From Candidatus Heimdallarchaeum endolithica (GTDB lineage Archaea > Asgardarchaeota > Heimdallarchaeia > Heimdallarchaeales > Heimdallarchaeaceae), in assembly GCA_021513715.1 (NCBI GenBank), contig CP084167.1:1952001-2016000 (forward strand): 64,000 bases of DNA. The letters run 5' to 3'. Below are positions 52,820 to 63,338 of the stretch, in pieces. The first letter of the stretch is position 1, and the number at the start of each line of letters is the position of its first letter. The notes under the pieces were generated by a model. That model made no database searches, had not been told where the DNA came from, and saw nothing but the letters and a program-made list of their open reading frames with translations. The position numbers and the translations under genes were made by a program.

Positions 52820-53051
52820 AAAACATCACTAAAAAACTTTGTTTTTTCATATAATGAAATAGATCACTGTTGTTCATAAACGCAAGTATGACTATTTGAA
52901 AAAAAATCGCCAACCCAAGTGACCACTCTCTTGTAGAAGGAAAAAAAACAATTATTTAAAAAGTTTATCTAGAATTTTTCATTCTTGAAAAAGGATTACT
53001 TAACACATAACTAAAAAAGAATATTTTTTTATGTAAAATGAATGTGATCAT

Positions 53052-54470
53052 ATGAAAAATTGGATTGAATTTTATATTTCTTCCCTTAAAGAACTTAAAC
53101 CAATAGTCCTTGAACAAGGTCATATTTTACTCGGTTTCAATGTTAATTTGGATAAAATAATAAAAATAAATCCAACTAATTTTCCCAACTATTTTTCCAA
53201 ATTTCAAGATTTAGAAAAAGGCACAAACAGCACTCTTAAAGAAAAAATAATTGAAAAAAAGGAAGATTTCTTCTACTCTATTGTAGATGCTATTGAAATG
53301 GGAAAAGCTGAGGAATATTTAATAAACAAAAAAATTCAGGAATGGATTGAAGCAAATTTTTATTTTGAAAAAACGTGTATTGGAGGACAAGCTGCAATTA
53401 TTGCAAATATATTAAGTGACTTTGGTTACAAAAACATTGTGTTAAATCTACCAGTAAAGGATGAACGCCTTAAGCATTTACTTAATGATGAGATAAGAAT
53501 TCCAATTAAAAACAATAGTAAAATTAAGATATTACCAACAACAAAAGTATCATTCAAAGGAAAATACAATATTGTTCACTATATTTTTGAATTTAGTTCA
53601 GGAAAGTATTCTCTAGGAAACAAAAAAATAATTTGCACTAGAGATAACAGATTCATAGCTTCTGCAGATACAATAAATTCGAGAATGATAACAGATAATG
53701 CATTTATAGAATGGAGTTACAAAAATGCAAAATCAGTTACAGCTGCGATTTTATCTGGTTTTCATCTACTACAAAGGAATGTTTTAAAAGAAAAAGGAAA
53801 TAAAAACAACTTGAATAATACAATAGAGCTAATAAATCAATTAAAAACAAATAATAAGCAAATAAAGATACACATAGAATTAGCATCATTTAACAATATT
53901 GAAACCTTAAATTTTGTAACTGAAAAAATATTTCCTATCATTGATTCTATTGGATTAAATGAACGAGAACTAATTATGCTTACAAAAATTTTTGATAACG
54001 AACTTTCTTCGAAAATGCAAAGTGGCAAAATAATTGACTATTACAAGGGATTATTTGAGATATTTAGGAGATTCCCGAATTTAAGAATCCATTTTCATTT
54101 TTTAGGTTATTACATTATTTTATCAAAACCTATTTCAGATAGGAAAATGATAATTAGGCGCTCTTCCCTAATTAAAGCGTCTATTAAAGCATTTCAGAAA
54201 GTTTCACCGTACCAAAATATACTACATATCAAAGAAAATATAAAAAATCTTATCTCACACAAAGGAATGAGTGAAATAAGATCATTAGAGGATTATATAG
54301 TTAAAAATTTTCAAGTTGAGAGAACACTTTTTGCCAAAGGATATTTAAACTCTAGAAAATTTACAATTGTTGCAGTACCTACTTTAATAGAAAAAAATCC
54401 TACACAACTTGTGGGATTGGGAGACACTATTTCATCCTTGTCATTTATTGAAGATCTTATTATCGACTGA
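53052..54470 (+). CDS. ADP-dependent glucokinase/phosphofructokinase family protein
   Basis: GFNVNLD, IGGQAAIIAN, NRFIA, DSIGLNE.E and VGLGDTISS motifs. Confidence 0.9.
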   Translation: MKNWIEFYISSLKELKPIVLEQGHILLGFNVNLDKIIKINPTNFPNYFSKFQDLEKGTNSTLKEKIIEKKEDFFYSIVDAIEMGKAEEYLINKKIQEWIEANFYFEKTCIGGQAAIIANILSDFGYKNIVLNLPVKDERLKHLLNDEIRIPIKNNSKIKILPTTKVSFKGKYNIVHYIFEFSSGKYSLGNKKIICTRDNRFIASADTINSRMITDNAFIEWSYKNAKSVTAAILSGFHLLQRNVLKEKGNKNNLNNTIELINQLKTNNKQIKIHIELASFNNIETLNFVTEKIFPIIDSIGLNERELIMLTKIFDNELSSKMQSGKIIDYYKGLFEIFRRFPNLRIHFHFLGYYIILSKPISDRKMIIRRSSLIKASIKAFQKVSPYQNILHIKENIKNLISHKGMSEIRSLEDYIVKNFQVERTLFAKGYLNSRKFTIVAVPTLIEKNPTQLVGLGDTISSLSFIEDLIID

Positions 54471-54667
54471 CATGACTTATTTTTTGACGTAAATTCGTAA
54501 AAATTAAGGGAAAATTGAATGTAAAAAAGAGAAAGGAAAGAAGGAATAGGGAAGAAAGGAAATGAGGGTTTTTATAGGGAAAAAACTATAAGTAAGATTA
54601 AGCAAATGCGAGACAACATGAAAGCCAGAAAATTTTTGCTCTTATATATATTACCAGAGTAGTATTA

Positions 54668-56041
54668 ATGAATATGCATTCCAAAATAATTACTTATGAC
54701 AATATTATTGAATTAAAGGATAAAAAAAATTTACAACTACGAGTTGAAATTTTTAAAATCAAAAACTTCAGTGTGGAAAATAAACATTTAATAAATGAGT
54801 TGACATCTAGAAAGCAAACTTACAGTCTTTATATTTCAAAGAAAGAGATTCTTTTGTTCATGTATTATTTTAAAGATGAGTTGGAGAAAATTGATTCAAA
54901 TGGAATATCAAGTAACAACTTTTTATCTTGCTATGTAGATAAATTTAACGAAAGTGATAATTATTTTCCATTACAAAAAATTAAAAAAATAAAAGAAAAA
55001 AAGGATTTAATTGAGATCACTAACGAAAACAATGAAAAAACATTTTATCGAATATATGTATGTAGATTAAAGAAGGGAGAGCAGTTACTAGAAAAAGATA
55101 TAGCCAAATACTTCATCGACATAGCAAATTTGGATTTCTTTGATGTTGTAATATCGCAAAAATTTGATAACAAAGATGGAAAAAAAGGTGAAAATTGGGG
55201 AATTTTTTTAGTTGCAAAACATAAAAAAGAGGAAGAACTTGAGTTAAAACACAAACATTTTCTGAATTTTATTAGTCGCAAAATAAAGTCATTTAACATA
55301 AATTTTGTAAAGGCAACTAAATCGGATATTGAGTGGAATAAAACAAAATTCCAGCTACTACTACCATGGATAAGACATTCTGGCAATTTGGCATTCAAAT
55401 TGAATTTCGATTCATTTTTTATTAACTTCAATACAGTAATAAAACTAAATTTAAAGGAAAAACAAACTAACTTAGACAAAGAAAATGGAGTTAGACTAGT
55501 CCAAAAAATTGAAAAAAAGCCATTACCATCAGTAAAGGAAATTGAGAATAAATTAAGAATATCAAATAACGATTTTAAACTAAAAAAAGATGAAATAAAA
55601 ACTAAAATTGAAGAACCGATAATTATTAAAACAATCCCAAAAACAACTGAAATATCGAAAAAATCCAATAAAAATTCAATAAGAAGAACAGTTTCAGGAA
55701 TTTTTAAAACAATAGGTTTTAAGGAAAGCTTAATTTTTAACAACAAATTTGATATTGTACTAAGAAGAGGGACTTCATATATTTTTGTTATTATTTCTCC
55801 TGACACATTTCTTGCTCATAACGCCTATGAACTTGTTGAAGAATTATCAGGCATTGCAGGCTTAAGAAATAATTTTCTAGCTTTGGTAATTGCTCCAGTT
55901 TTTGAAAAAAAAGCAGAAAAAGTATTACGAGATTACAACATTATAATGATCAACAAGTTTGAAAGCATGGATGAAGAAAGGTTAAAACAAGTTCTATATG
56001 AAAAATTTAGTGAATTATATTCATTCCTACCTGCTGTCTAA
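54668..56041 (+). CDS. Hypothetical protein, possible C-terminal restriction-endonuclease-like fold
   Basis: 457 aa; C-terminal F..IGF......FDIVLRRG..YIFV...LVIAP.F...A pattern. Confidence 0.6.
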   Translation: MNMHSKIITYDNIIELKDKKNLQLRVEIFKIKNFSVENKHLINELTSRKQTYSLYISKKEILLFMYYFKDELEKIDSNGISSNNFLSCYVDKFNESDNYFPLQKIKKIKEKKDLIEITNENNEKTFYRIYVCRLKKGEQLLEKDIAKYFIDIANLDFFDVVISQKFDNKDGKKGENWGIFLVAKHKKEEELELKHKHFLNFISRKIKSFNINFVKATKSDIEWNKTKFQLLLPWIRHSGNLAFKLNFDSFFINFNTVIKLNLKEKQTNLDKENGVRLVQKIEKKPLPSVKEIENKLRISNNDFKLKKDEIKTKIEEPIIIKTIPKTTEISKKSNKNSIRRTVSGIFKTIGFKESLIFNNKFDIVLRRGTSYIFVIISPDTFLAHNAYELVEELSGIAGLRNNFLALVIAPVFEKKAEKVLRDYNIIMINKFESMDEERLKQVLYEKFSELYSFLPAV

Positions 56042-56223
56042 GATAATTTATATTAAACAGCATTGAGACTTAAATCTTAAATATCGTGGCGGAGGAGAGA
56101 ATAACCACTTCGTCTGGCTCAATGAGCATTTTGTTTTTTCTTTCAAAAAACTAACAAGGAAGTAAAATTTATTCAAAAAATGCCCAAAAATTGAGTTTTG
56201 ATGTATCAAAAAGATTATTCTAG

Positions 56224-56296
56224 CGGGCCAGGTAGGAATTGAACCTACGATAGCCTGCTCCGGAGGCAGGTGCCTTATCCACTAGACTACTGGCCC
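56224..56296 (-). tRNA. tRNA-Arg(CCG), no intron, CCA not encoded
   Basis: GGGCCAG/CTGGCCC, CCTGC-CTCCGGA-GCAGG, GTAGG-TTCAATT-CCTAC. Confidence 0.95.
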
Positions 56297-56403
56297 AAGA
56301 TTTGATTGATTTTACAACTTAAAAAATCATCATCTTTAGATAAATAGTTTCGTTTTTATGAAGTGAGTTTAGATTTTTGGAGAAGAATAAAGATGGATAG
56401 TAA

Positions 56404-56739
56404 TCAATCATATTCTCTCCAAGTATGACCACATTCTACGCATCTGAAAAATCGGGTTGGAGATTCATCTGCACTTCTAGTTTGTTGTTGCCAATAAGTA
56501 ACCTTCTGCTTTTTCTCACATTTTGGGCAGTATAATTCTCTTGTTGGCAGAGTTTTATCGATTACAGACTCATCAATAACTTCTGACTTTAACAGTTCCT
56601 TTTCTATATCATGATTAATTTCCTCTGTAAATGAATCGTCTTGTTCATTAGTAATTTCCTTTGTAAAACCGCATTTTGTACAAATCAATTTACCATCTTC
56701 AGGTATCATTAATTTTCCACATTTAGGACAAAATTCCAA
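56404..56739 (-). CDS. tfs: Transcription factor S
   Basis: FCPKC N-terminal ribbon; QTRSADE..T.FFRC..CGHTWREY. Confidence 0.93.
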   Translation of the reverse strand: MEFCPKCGKLMIPEDGKLICTKCGFTKEITNEQDDSFTEEINHDIEKELLKSEVIDESVIDKTLPTRELYCPKCEKKQKVTYWQQQTRSADESPTRFFRCVECGHTWREYD

Positions 56740-56823
56740 TAATATCACCTATAAGCCTTGAATGATACAAAGAGTATTATTTCAAAAATATTTCCTTTAG
56801 AGCAAAATAGGAAAGAAGTAATT

Positions 56824-57564
56824 TCAGACAAACATTCCTTTATCTGAATCATCTTTTTCAGTTTGGGGCTTGTTAGCTTTTAATAAACTTTGAATTTCTT
56901 TTTCAATTTTCTCTGCTTGTTCAATTAATGCAGAAATGTCTACTGTAATACCAACCATCTTCTCGATCTCTTTAATCGCAATACTTGCTGCAATTGGATC
57001 AGGTCTCGATCTCTCTGCATAAGGTAATAAAGCCATAGCTGGAAAATCATGTAACTCAGAGAAGAGCATTACATAAGCTAAAGGTCCTGTTACATAAAGA
57101 CCTTCATCCAAAGTTGGAATTGAAATGGATTTTCCAAGGTCAATAAAAGCTTGGGTATAAATAGCTTTTAACTGGTTTTCATCTTTAAGTCTGTTGTCCA
57201 AACCCCCAACCAATATCGCTTGTTTAAAATCAGCATCGATACACCATTTTACTAGTGTTTTTGTAAATTTCAGGTGCTCACTTTTTATTGGTTCAAAAAT
57301 GGGCAATACAATAACTAGATCGTCCTTTTTATATATTTCAAAGGGAAAAGTAATGCGTTCATTTTTTATAGTTATAAATTGGGGTATATTTTCAGTAATT
57401 ATAAAACCTATTCTTTTAGCTCCAATTTTTTCAACAATGTGACTAACTGAGATATAACCGCACTCACCAATACCATGCCAACCATTTAGTAATGTACAAC
57501 CTTTAAAATTTTCTTTCTCCTTAAATACAAAACTAATTTCTTCATACTTTTTTATAAAAACCAT
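56824..57564 (-). CDS. PAC2-family proteasome assembly chaperone
   Basis: GWHGIGECGYI, GGL and PDPIAA motifs. Confidence 0.85.
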   Translation of the reverse strand: MVFIKKYEEISFVFKEKENFKGCTLLNGWHGIGECGYISVSHIVEKIGAKRIGFIITENIPQFITIKNERITFPFEIYKKDDLVIVLPIFEPIKSEHLKFTKTLVKWCIDADFKQAILVGGLDNRLKDENQLKAIYTQAFIDLGKSISIPTLDEGLYVTGPLAYVMLFSELHDFPAMALLPYAERSRPDPIAASIAIKEIEKMVGITVDISALIEQAEKIEKEIQSLLKANKPQTEKDDSDKGMFV

Positions 57565-57608
57565 TTTTTTCCACCAATAAAGCTAAATAGAAAAGAAAAT
57601 ATAGAAGG

Positions 57609-58343
57609 TTATTTCCTTCCTTTCTTTCGACCACTTCGTTTAGCAGCTATCAAACCAACTTTCTTTCCTGGTTGAGAATGTCTAGATACTGTTGTAGATC
57701 TTGGTGGACCTTGATGTGAGCCACCACCATGTGGATGACTTACAGCATTCATGGCAACACCTCGAACACGTGGATAATAGTGTCCTTTTGCTTTCATCGC
57801 ATGATACTTATTTCCTGCTTTAACAAAAGGTTTCTCTGTTCGGCCTCCACCAGCTACAATACCGATAGTAGCTCTACATCTTTGAGGAATCTCTTTGATT
57901 TCACCACTAGGTAACTGAACTTTTACTTTACCTTTATCTCTTCCAAGAATTAGAGCATATCCTCCACTTGAGCGAATAATCCTGCCACCATCACCTGGAG
58001 TGAGTTCTATGTTAAAGACAGGAGTACCATCGGGTATAAATTGTAATGGAAGGGTATTATTTATTTGTATAGAAGCTGCTGCGCCATACTCAATCTGTTG
58101 ACCAACTCTAACACCTTCAGAGACTAAACTAACCTTTTTAAGATCATCTTCAAATAGAACTCTCGCAATAGGAGCTCCTCTTCCAGGATCATGGATAATA
58201 TCCTTAACTACACCAGTAATTTTTCCAGAGTATTCTATTTTGGAGAGTTTTCTATATTTTATGCTTCCTTTTCTTTTATGAGAAGCTGCGCGAAATTGTG
58301 ATGTTCCTCTTCCGCGTCTTTGTACTAAAATTTTCTTACCCAT
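57609..58343 (-). CDS. rpl2: 50S ribosomal protein uL2
   Basis: MGKKILVQRRGRG and VRGVAMNAVSHPHGGG motifs. Confidence 0.98.
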   Translation of the reverse strand: MGKKILVQRRGRGTSQFRAASHKRKGSIKYRKLSKIEYSGKITGVVKDIIHDPGRGAPIARVLFEDDLKKVSLVSEGVRVGQQIEYGAAASIQINNTLPLQFIPDGTPVFNIELTPGDGGRIIRSSGGYALILGRDKGKVKVQLPSGEIKEIPQRCRATIGIVAGGGRTEKPFVKAGNKYHAMKAKGHYYPRVRGVAMNAVSHPHGGGSHQGPPRSTTVSRHSQPGKKVGLIAAKRSGRKKGRK

Positions 58344-58355
58344 ATTTTCACCACC

Positions 58356-58619
58356 TTAGAACAGACCCATCTTTGAAGCAATGTCTGCAGCATCATCAAA
58401 TTCGCTCAATTTTACATATGCCTTTTTCGTACCTCGTGGAGTAATTAAAGTATTAACTTTTTCTACTTTGACATTATACAACTTTTCTATTGCTTCCTTG
58501 ATTTGATGTTTCGTTGCTCTACGATCAACTAGGACGACAAGTTTATTTTCTCTTTCAATTAACTCAAAATCTTTCTCGCTAATTAAAGGTTTCTTGATTA
58601 TATTGTACAAATCCATCAT
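58356..58619 (-). CDS. rpl23: 50S ribosomal protein uL23
   Basis: PLISEK and [18 protein letters not shown] motifs. Confidence 0.97.
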   Translation of the reverse strand: MMDLYNIIKKPLISEKDFELIERENKLVVLVDRRATKHQIKEAIEKLYNVKVEKVNTLITPRGTKKAYVKLSEFDDAADIASKMGLF

Positions 58620-58621
58620 CC

Positions 58622-59407
58622 TCACCTATATTTTTCATTTAAATATGCAACAGCTTTTTCAGTCCAAATTGTTAGTCGACCTGGATCGGCTCCGGGAGCA
58701 AGTAACTCTGTTTTTAATTTATTAACTGGTTTCACATCAACACCCAAAACATTTCTAGCAGCTTTGAGAATGGGACTATCGTCACTACCCACAATAATTA
58801 ATGGTCCAACAGGCGTCTTATATCTTCTTCCGCGCATCTTTCCTTTTCCAGGACGGATACGACGACCATTTTTAACCCTCTCTAGGTCAGCTCCAACACC
58901 CAAATTGTTTAACAATTTAATTGCATCTTTTGTCTTTGATATTTCCTCTGCTTTTTCCTCTACAATTATTGGAAATTCTATAGCATCATTAAAGCGATGT
59001 CCTCTCTCTCGTACTGCATCTTTTAGCGCGGTAAAAGCGATAGAAGATTTTAAAGCGAGAAGGTGCTCTTTTTTGTTGATTTTCTCGATAATGTTTTTAG
59101 TACTTTTTGGGGGATGAGCTTTATGCCCACCTCTTGCTTGTGGTACAAAAGCTCCGCGTTGGGCGCTATGGGTTCGTGTTCCTTTTGTTCGAGGGACTCT
59201 TGCAGCTCCTCGTCCAGGGCCCCAATTTTCTACAGAAACCAGCCGACCAGCTAAAGGACTAACTCCTTTTGGTTGCCTATTCCAACTTTGTTCTGCAAGG
59301 ACAGCACGTTTGATTACATCTTTCCTTAATGGAGTTTCAAAAACAATAGGCAGTTCTATTTCAACATTTGTCTTTGTACCATTTACTGACATTATAATAG
59401 CTTTCAT
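58622..59407 (-). CDS. rpl4: 50S ribosomal protein uL4
   Basis: [22 protein letters not shown] and [10 protein letters not shown] motifs. Confidence 0.97.
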   Translation of the reverse strand: MKAIIMSVNGTKTNVEIELPIVFETPLRKDVIKRAVLAEQSWNRQPKGVSPLAGRLVSVENWGPGRGAARVPRTKGTRTHSAQRGAFVPQARGGHKAHPPKSTKNIIEKINKKEHLLALKSSIAFTALKDAVRERGHRFNDAIEFPIIVEEKAEEISKTKDAIKLLNNLGVGADLERVKNGRRIRPGKGKMRGRRYKTPVGPLIIVGSDDSPILKAARNVLGVDVKPVNKLKTELLAPGADPGRLTIWTEKAVAYLNEKYR

Positions 59408-59412
59408 TCATT

Positions 59413-60414
59413 TCACCCTTGTTGACTTTTCCTTGATATATATGTTATCTGCGGCTCTTTTTCTTGCTGAGGAGTCTTTCTCATAGGTTTTCTCAAAAAA
59501 ACAGTACGCTTTTTGCTTCCAGGAATTGAACCTTTAAGTAAAACATAATTGTTTTTTACTTCCCCATAGTTAATAAAGCCTCCGTCAGGAATAATTTCCT
59601 TGCCATCAGAACCTATTTGCATAATTCGTTTGTTGTATTCTGTACGAGTATGAAAACCCATTTGCCCATGTCTGGGAACAGTCCACATTGTTCGTGCTGG
59701 GTGCCAAGGTCCTATTGAACCAACACCACGTTTTGTTCCTTTAGATTTATGTTGTAGTATTTTAATTCCATGTCTTTTAACTGGTCCTTGAAAACCTTTT
59801 CCCTTTGTAACTGCAATTACATCGGCAAATTCTCCGGCTTTGAACACATCTCGTATCATCACTTCTTTACCTAATAAAGACAGACCATATTCAAATCCTT
59901 CAGAAGGGCTATTACAACCGATTTTTATTTCACTAATAGAGGGGGTTTTCGTTCCAATTCCAGTCAAGTATGGTTGTGTATGTACTATAGCTCTGATCTC
60001 CACCATTTCGGGGAGTTTTGCTTCAAAGTTCTTTTTTGCTTTCTCAAAATCGTATTTTTTAGGAGTTTTAACACGCCGACGTAATTCTTCCTTATATTCA
60101 GAAGAGAAGAGATCAGCTGAAATACTAAGACCATAAGGAGTCTTAGCGTAGCCGCGGAGACCATAAACAACAATTGGCGGGGTCTCAATAACAGTGCAAG
60201 CTACTGTTACCTCGCGGTTCGCCAGATGACTTTGCCGGCGATCCTCTATATACGATAGTTGGCTCATTCCCGCTTTGATACCTAAGAAACCAAGCAACTT
60301 TGGCTGTCCATTATATGCTGGCCAAGCTCTTGGTTTAGGAGTAATCCTTGCGGCTCTATTCCTTCTGTATCCAAGCGATGAGCGACGAGGTGCATGGCTT
60401 GTTCTACTTCCCAT
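59413..60414 (-). CDS. rpl3: 50S ribosomal protein uL3
   Basis: KAGMS, TKGKGFQGPVKR and GQMGFHTRTEYNK motifs. Confidence 0.97.
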   Translation of the reverse strand: MGSRTSHAPRRSSLGYRRNRAARITPKPRAWPAYNGQPKLLGFLGIKAGMSQLSYIEDRRQSHLANREVTVACTVIETPPIVVYGLRGYAKTPYGLSISADLFSSEYKEELRRRVKTPKKYDFEKAKKNFEAKLPEMVEIRAIVHTQPYLTGIGTKTPSISEIKIGCNSPSEGFEYGLSLLGKEVMIRDVFKAGEFADVIAVTKGKGFQGPVKRHGIKILQHKSKGTKRGVGSIGPWHPARTMWTVPRHGQMGFHTRTEYNKRIMQIGSDGKEIIPDGGFINYGEVKNNYVLLKGSIPGSKKRTVFLRKPMRKTPQQEKEPQITYISRKSQQG

Positions 60415-60559
60415 GTTATCACATCTTTATTTTTATTTTTTTATCATAAAACCAGTTTGTTATTTTAATATACAAACTGGTATCTTATGCTTGTATTCCG
60501 AAAATCATTTTGCTCATATAAAGATGTTGTTTTGCGTTTTTTATAAAACAACTAAAAAG

Positions 60560-61093
60560 CTACACTTTTCGAAAATAACGTTTTAAAGGACTCCCACAAT
60601 CTGCACAACAGTCTAGTTTTTTTGAGAACTGAGCTCCACATACAGTACATTTCCAGTAATATTTTTTTCTCTTTGTAATTTTAAAAAAGGAAGATAATAC
60701 TCTGATATTAAATATATTACAAAGATTCTGGATTGCATTGTCATCAGAAATAATAGTAAACTCTGGGTTTTCTATTGCAAGAGCTATAACATTAAGATCG
60801 TAACTCGACAATCGCTCATATTCACCAGCCTGTTTAGCTAGATTAACTGCATTAGAGAGCGAAAAAGAAGAAGGCATGAGAAAGATTATGTTTTTTTTAC
60901 TCTCAAGGAGGGTTAAAACTAAATTACTTTCAAATGATTTTAATTCCTCTTTAATATTAGCTGGAACAATAACAACACAATCATCTGTGAGAAACCAATC
61001 TTTTGCTAGAATCTGAATTATGACTGTAGAATCTAGAATTAGTTTTTTTGGAAAATTTTCGGGTAAACTTCGCTTTTGAACCAATTCATTCAC
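60560..61093 (-). CDS. nob1: Nob1-like PIN endonuclease with Zn ribbon
   Basis: ILDST, LSSYDLNVIALA, SDDNAIQN and CTVC...CADCGS motifs. Confidence 0.88.
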   Translation of the reverse strand: MNELVQKRSLPENFPKKLILDSTVIIQILAKDWFLTDDCVVIVPANIKEELKSFESNLVLTLLESKKNIIFLMPSSFSLSNAVNLAKQAGEYERLSSYDLNVIALAIENPEFTIISDDNAIQNLCNIFNIRVLSSFFKITKRKKYYWKCTVCGAQFSKKLDCCADCGSPLKRYFRKV

Positions 61094-61923
61094 CGAATAC
61101 GCTCCAGCAGTTTATTTCGAACACGTTTTATATAATTGTCAGAAAATCTAATAAACCTGATTTTTTCGCCAGATTTGTAGATTTTTACATTTTCATTGTA
61201 TCCTAATGTATAGTGCGCTTGTCCATCAACCACAACGATTCCTGTTCTAAATTTAGCCTCATTAGTAACTGTTACTACTGTATCAGTCGAAAAAACAATT
61301 GGTGAAACGTTTACAATAAAGGGGCAAATTGGAACAAGACAAAAAGCTTCTACATTAGGCATTATAAGGGGTCCTCCAGCAGATCTTGCATATGCACTCG
61401 AACCAGCACTTGTTGAAACAATTACACCATCGCCCTCAATAACATAAAACAATTTATTGTTAATTTCAACCTTTAACCTCATGATATTCCCATGATTCTT
61501 TGGAACGATGGTTATATCATTAACGGCAGAAATAGGCGGATAAGACTCTGATGAAACTGCTACTGTTGAAAACTCTTCTATAATAAATTCATCATTCAAA
61601 ATTTTATTAATTGCCCAATCTAACTTTTGAGGAATTATTTCAGTAAGAAACCCTACACGACCACAATTAACTCCCAAAATCGGAGATTCTTTCCATTGAG
61701 TAAAAGTTTTTAGTATAGTACCATCTCCCCCAAAAACAACAATTAGATCAGGTTGTTGTCCTTGTATTATAAAGTCAGATTTTCTCAAATTTTTGGCTAA
61801 TACTTGGCTTAAAGCGACCTTATAACCTTTTCCTAACAACATAGAAAGCGCTTCTGAAGCAGAAATCAAAGCACTTTCCTTTTCTGATGAAACTAGAAGT
61901 ATTAAAGAATCTTTTGTCAGCAA
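61090..61923 (-). CDS. nadK: NAD kinase
   Basis: GGDGT, GRVGFL and GDGVIVSTSAGSSAY..SAGGP motifs. Confidence 0.92.
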   Translation of the reverse strand: MLTKDSLILLVSSEKESALISASEALSMLLGKGYKVALSQVLAKNLRKSDFIIQGQQPDLIVVFGGDGTILKTFTQWKESPILGVNCGRVGFLTEIIPQKLDWAINKILNDEFIIEEFSTVAVSSESYPPISAVNDITIVPKNHGNIMRLKVEINNKLFYVIEGDGVIVSTSAGSSAYARSAGGPLIMPNVEAFCLVPICPFIVNVSPIVFSTDTVVTVTNEAKFRTGIVVVDGQAHYTLGYNENVKIYKSGEKIRFIRFSDNYIKRVRNKLLERIR

Positions 61924-62152
61924 TGCCCTTCTAAAGAAAATAAGAATAATCTAATAAAAATATTGGGTTGGACATAAATTATTATAATTAAGTATTAATA
62001 AGGTACCTAATCTCAGAAAATTCAAATAAAGTATCCTTTAATTTTTATTGAGTATTATAACAAACTTATACTGTTTATTCAAGACACATAATATAATTTT
62101 CTTCAACAAAATATAATTTTAAAAAGTATTAGTACTAAAACGAATTGATAGA

Positions 62153-62992
62153 ATGCGATATGCAGTAAAAGTTTTTTATTTGGGTGATTATTATTATGGT
62201 TACCAAAGACAACCTAATGTACCTACTGTAGAAGGTACAATTATCAATGCACTAAAGAAGGCAGGATACATTACTGATGTAAAAACAAGTAATTTTGCAA
62301 GTGCAACACGGACTGACCGTTATGTAAGTGCATTAGGAAATTGTTTCGCTTTTAATACAAAAAAGGATCTAATAATTACCCAATTAAATCATTTTTTACC
62401 ACACAATAACAGTATTATTTGTTGGGCAAAAAGTACCGTAGACGAAGATTTTTCTCCAAGGTTTGCAAAACTGAAAAAATATTGGTATTTTCTCTCAAGA
62501 AACTACATAAATGAAAAACAGTTATCAATTAATGACATAAAAAAAGTATGTAAAAAATTCGAGGGAACCCACGATTTTAGATTATTTTCAAAGTTTAATG
62601 AAAAAGATACTATACGATCAATTGACAAAATTAATTTAATTGAAAATCAAGATAGTTTAATTTTAGAATTCATCGGTCAATCATTTCTTTGGCAGCAAAT
62701 TAGAAGAATTATATCCTACACTTTATCATTTCCTTTTCTACCAGAACAGTTTCAAAACACAGAGGAATTATTAAGGGAAAATAGCATAAATCACCTTCCC
62801 CTTAAACCAGCAAGTCCACACCACCTTTTATTTGTTGAGCATTATTATGAAAATCTTAATTGGAAAGTAAACCAAACCACATTAAAAAAAATATTATCAT
62901 ATTCAATGTTTCAAACTTTTGAACTCGATTCAAAATATGCTAGATTCAAAAAGCAATGGTCCTTTTTTAAAGATATGATCGAAGAAAATTAA
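62153..62992 (+). CDS. truA: tRNA pseudouridine(38-40) synthase
   Basis: GYQRQPNVPTVEG, RTD..VSA, GTHDF and SFLWQQIR motifs. Confidence 0.92.
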   Translation: MRYAVKVFYLGDYYYGYQRQPNVPTVEGTIINALKKAGYITDVKTSNFASATRTDRYVSALGNCFAFNTKKDLIITQLNHFLPHNNSIICWAKSTVDEDFSPRFAKLKKYWYFLSRNYINEKQLSINDIKKVCKKFEGTHDFRLFSKFNEKDTIRSIDKINLIENQDSLILEFIGQSFLWQQIRRIISYTLSFPFLPEQFQNTEELLRENSINHLPLKPASPHHLLFVEHYYENLNWKVNQTTLKKILSYSMFQTFELDSKYARFKKQWSFFKDMIEEN

Positions 62993-62998
62993 AAAAGC

Positions 62999-63130
62999 AG
63001 TTGGCTCATTTTAGCATTTTCACTACTTGAGCGAATAGAGGTTATAGATGAAAAAAGACAGTTCTCTTTTTAGGCATCTATTGCATTATTACACACTTTA
63101 CTTGAAAGGAAAATCTTCAGCTACAGCTTC
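62999..63130 (+). pseudogene. Degraded IS5-family transposase fragment
   Basis: WLILAFSLLERIEVI aligns with WVILALAIIARIEGI of the transposase at 63561; similarity then decays. Confidence 0.5.
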
Positions 63131-63338
63131 AGTGGAAAAACATTCAAAAACATTCAATCATCTTTTCTGACTCGTTAAATACTCTATTCATCTGAATGAC
63201 AAAAAACAGGATTAGAAAAATGTATGAACTCAAGCTAATTATTTAACTCAAGCAGTCTTAAGAAAACGACAGAAAAGCAATATTTAAAAAATAAAAAAGA
63301 ACAAAAATCAAAAACAGAAGTAAGAATAAAAAAAGAGT

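Noticed and set aside
52900-52950. Short GC-richer patch between trpS and the ADP-dependent kinase gene
   Set aside because: No convincing stem or box motifs; insufficient support.
55045-55806. 253-aa antisense hydrophobic ORF
   Set aside because: Shadow of the Lys/Glu/Asn-rich + strand gene.
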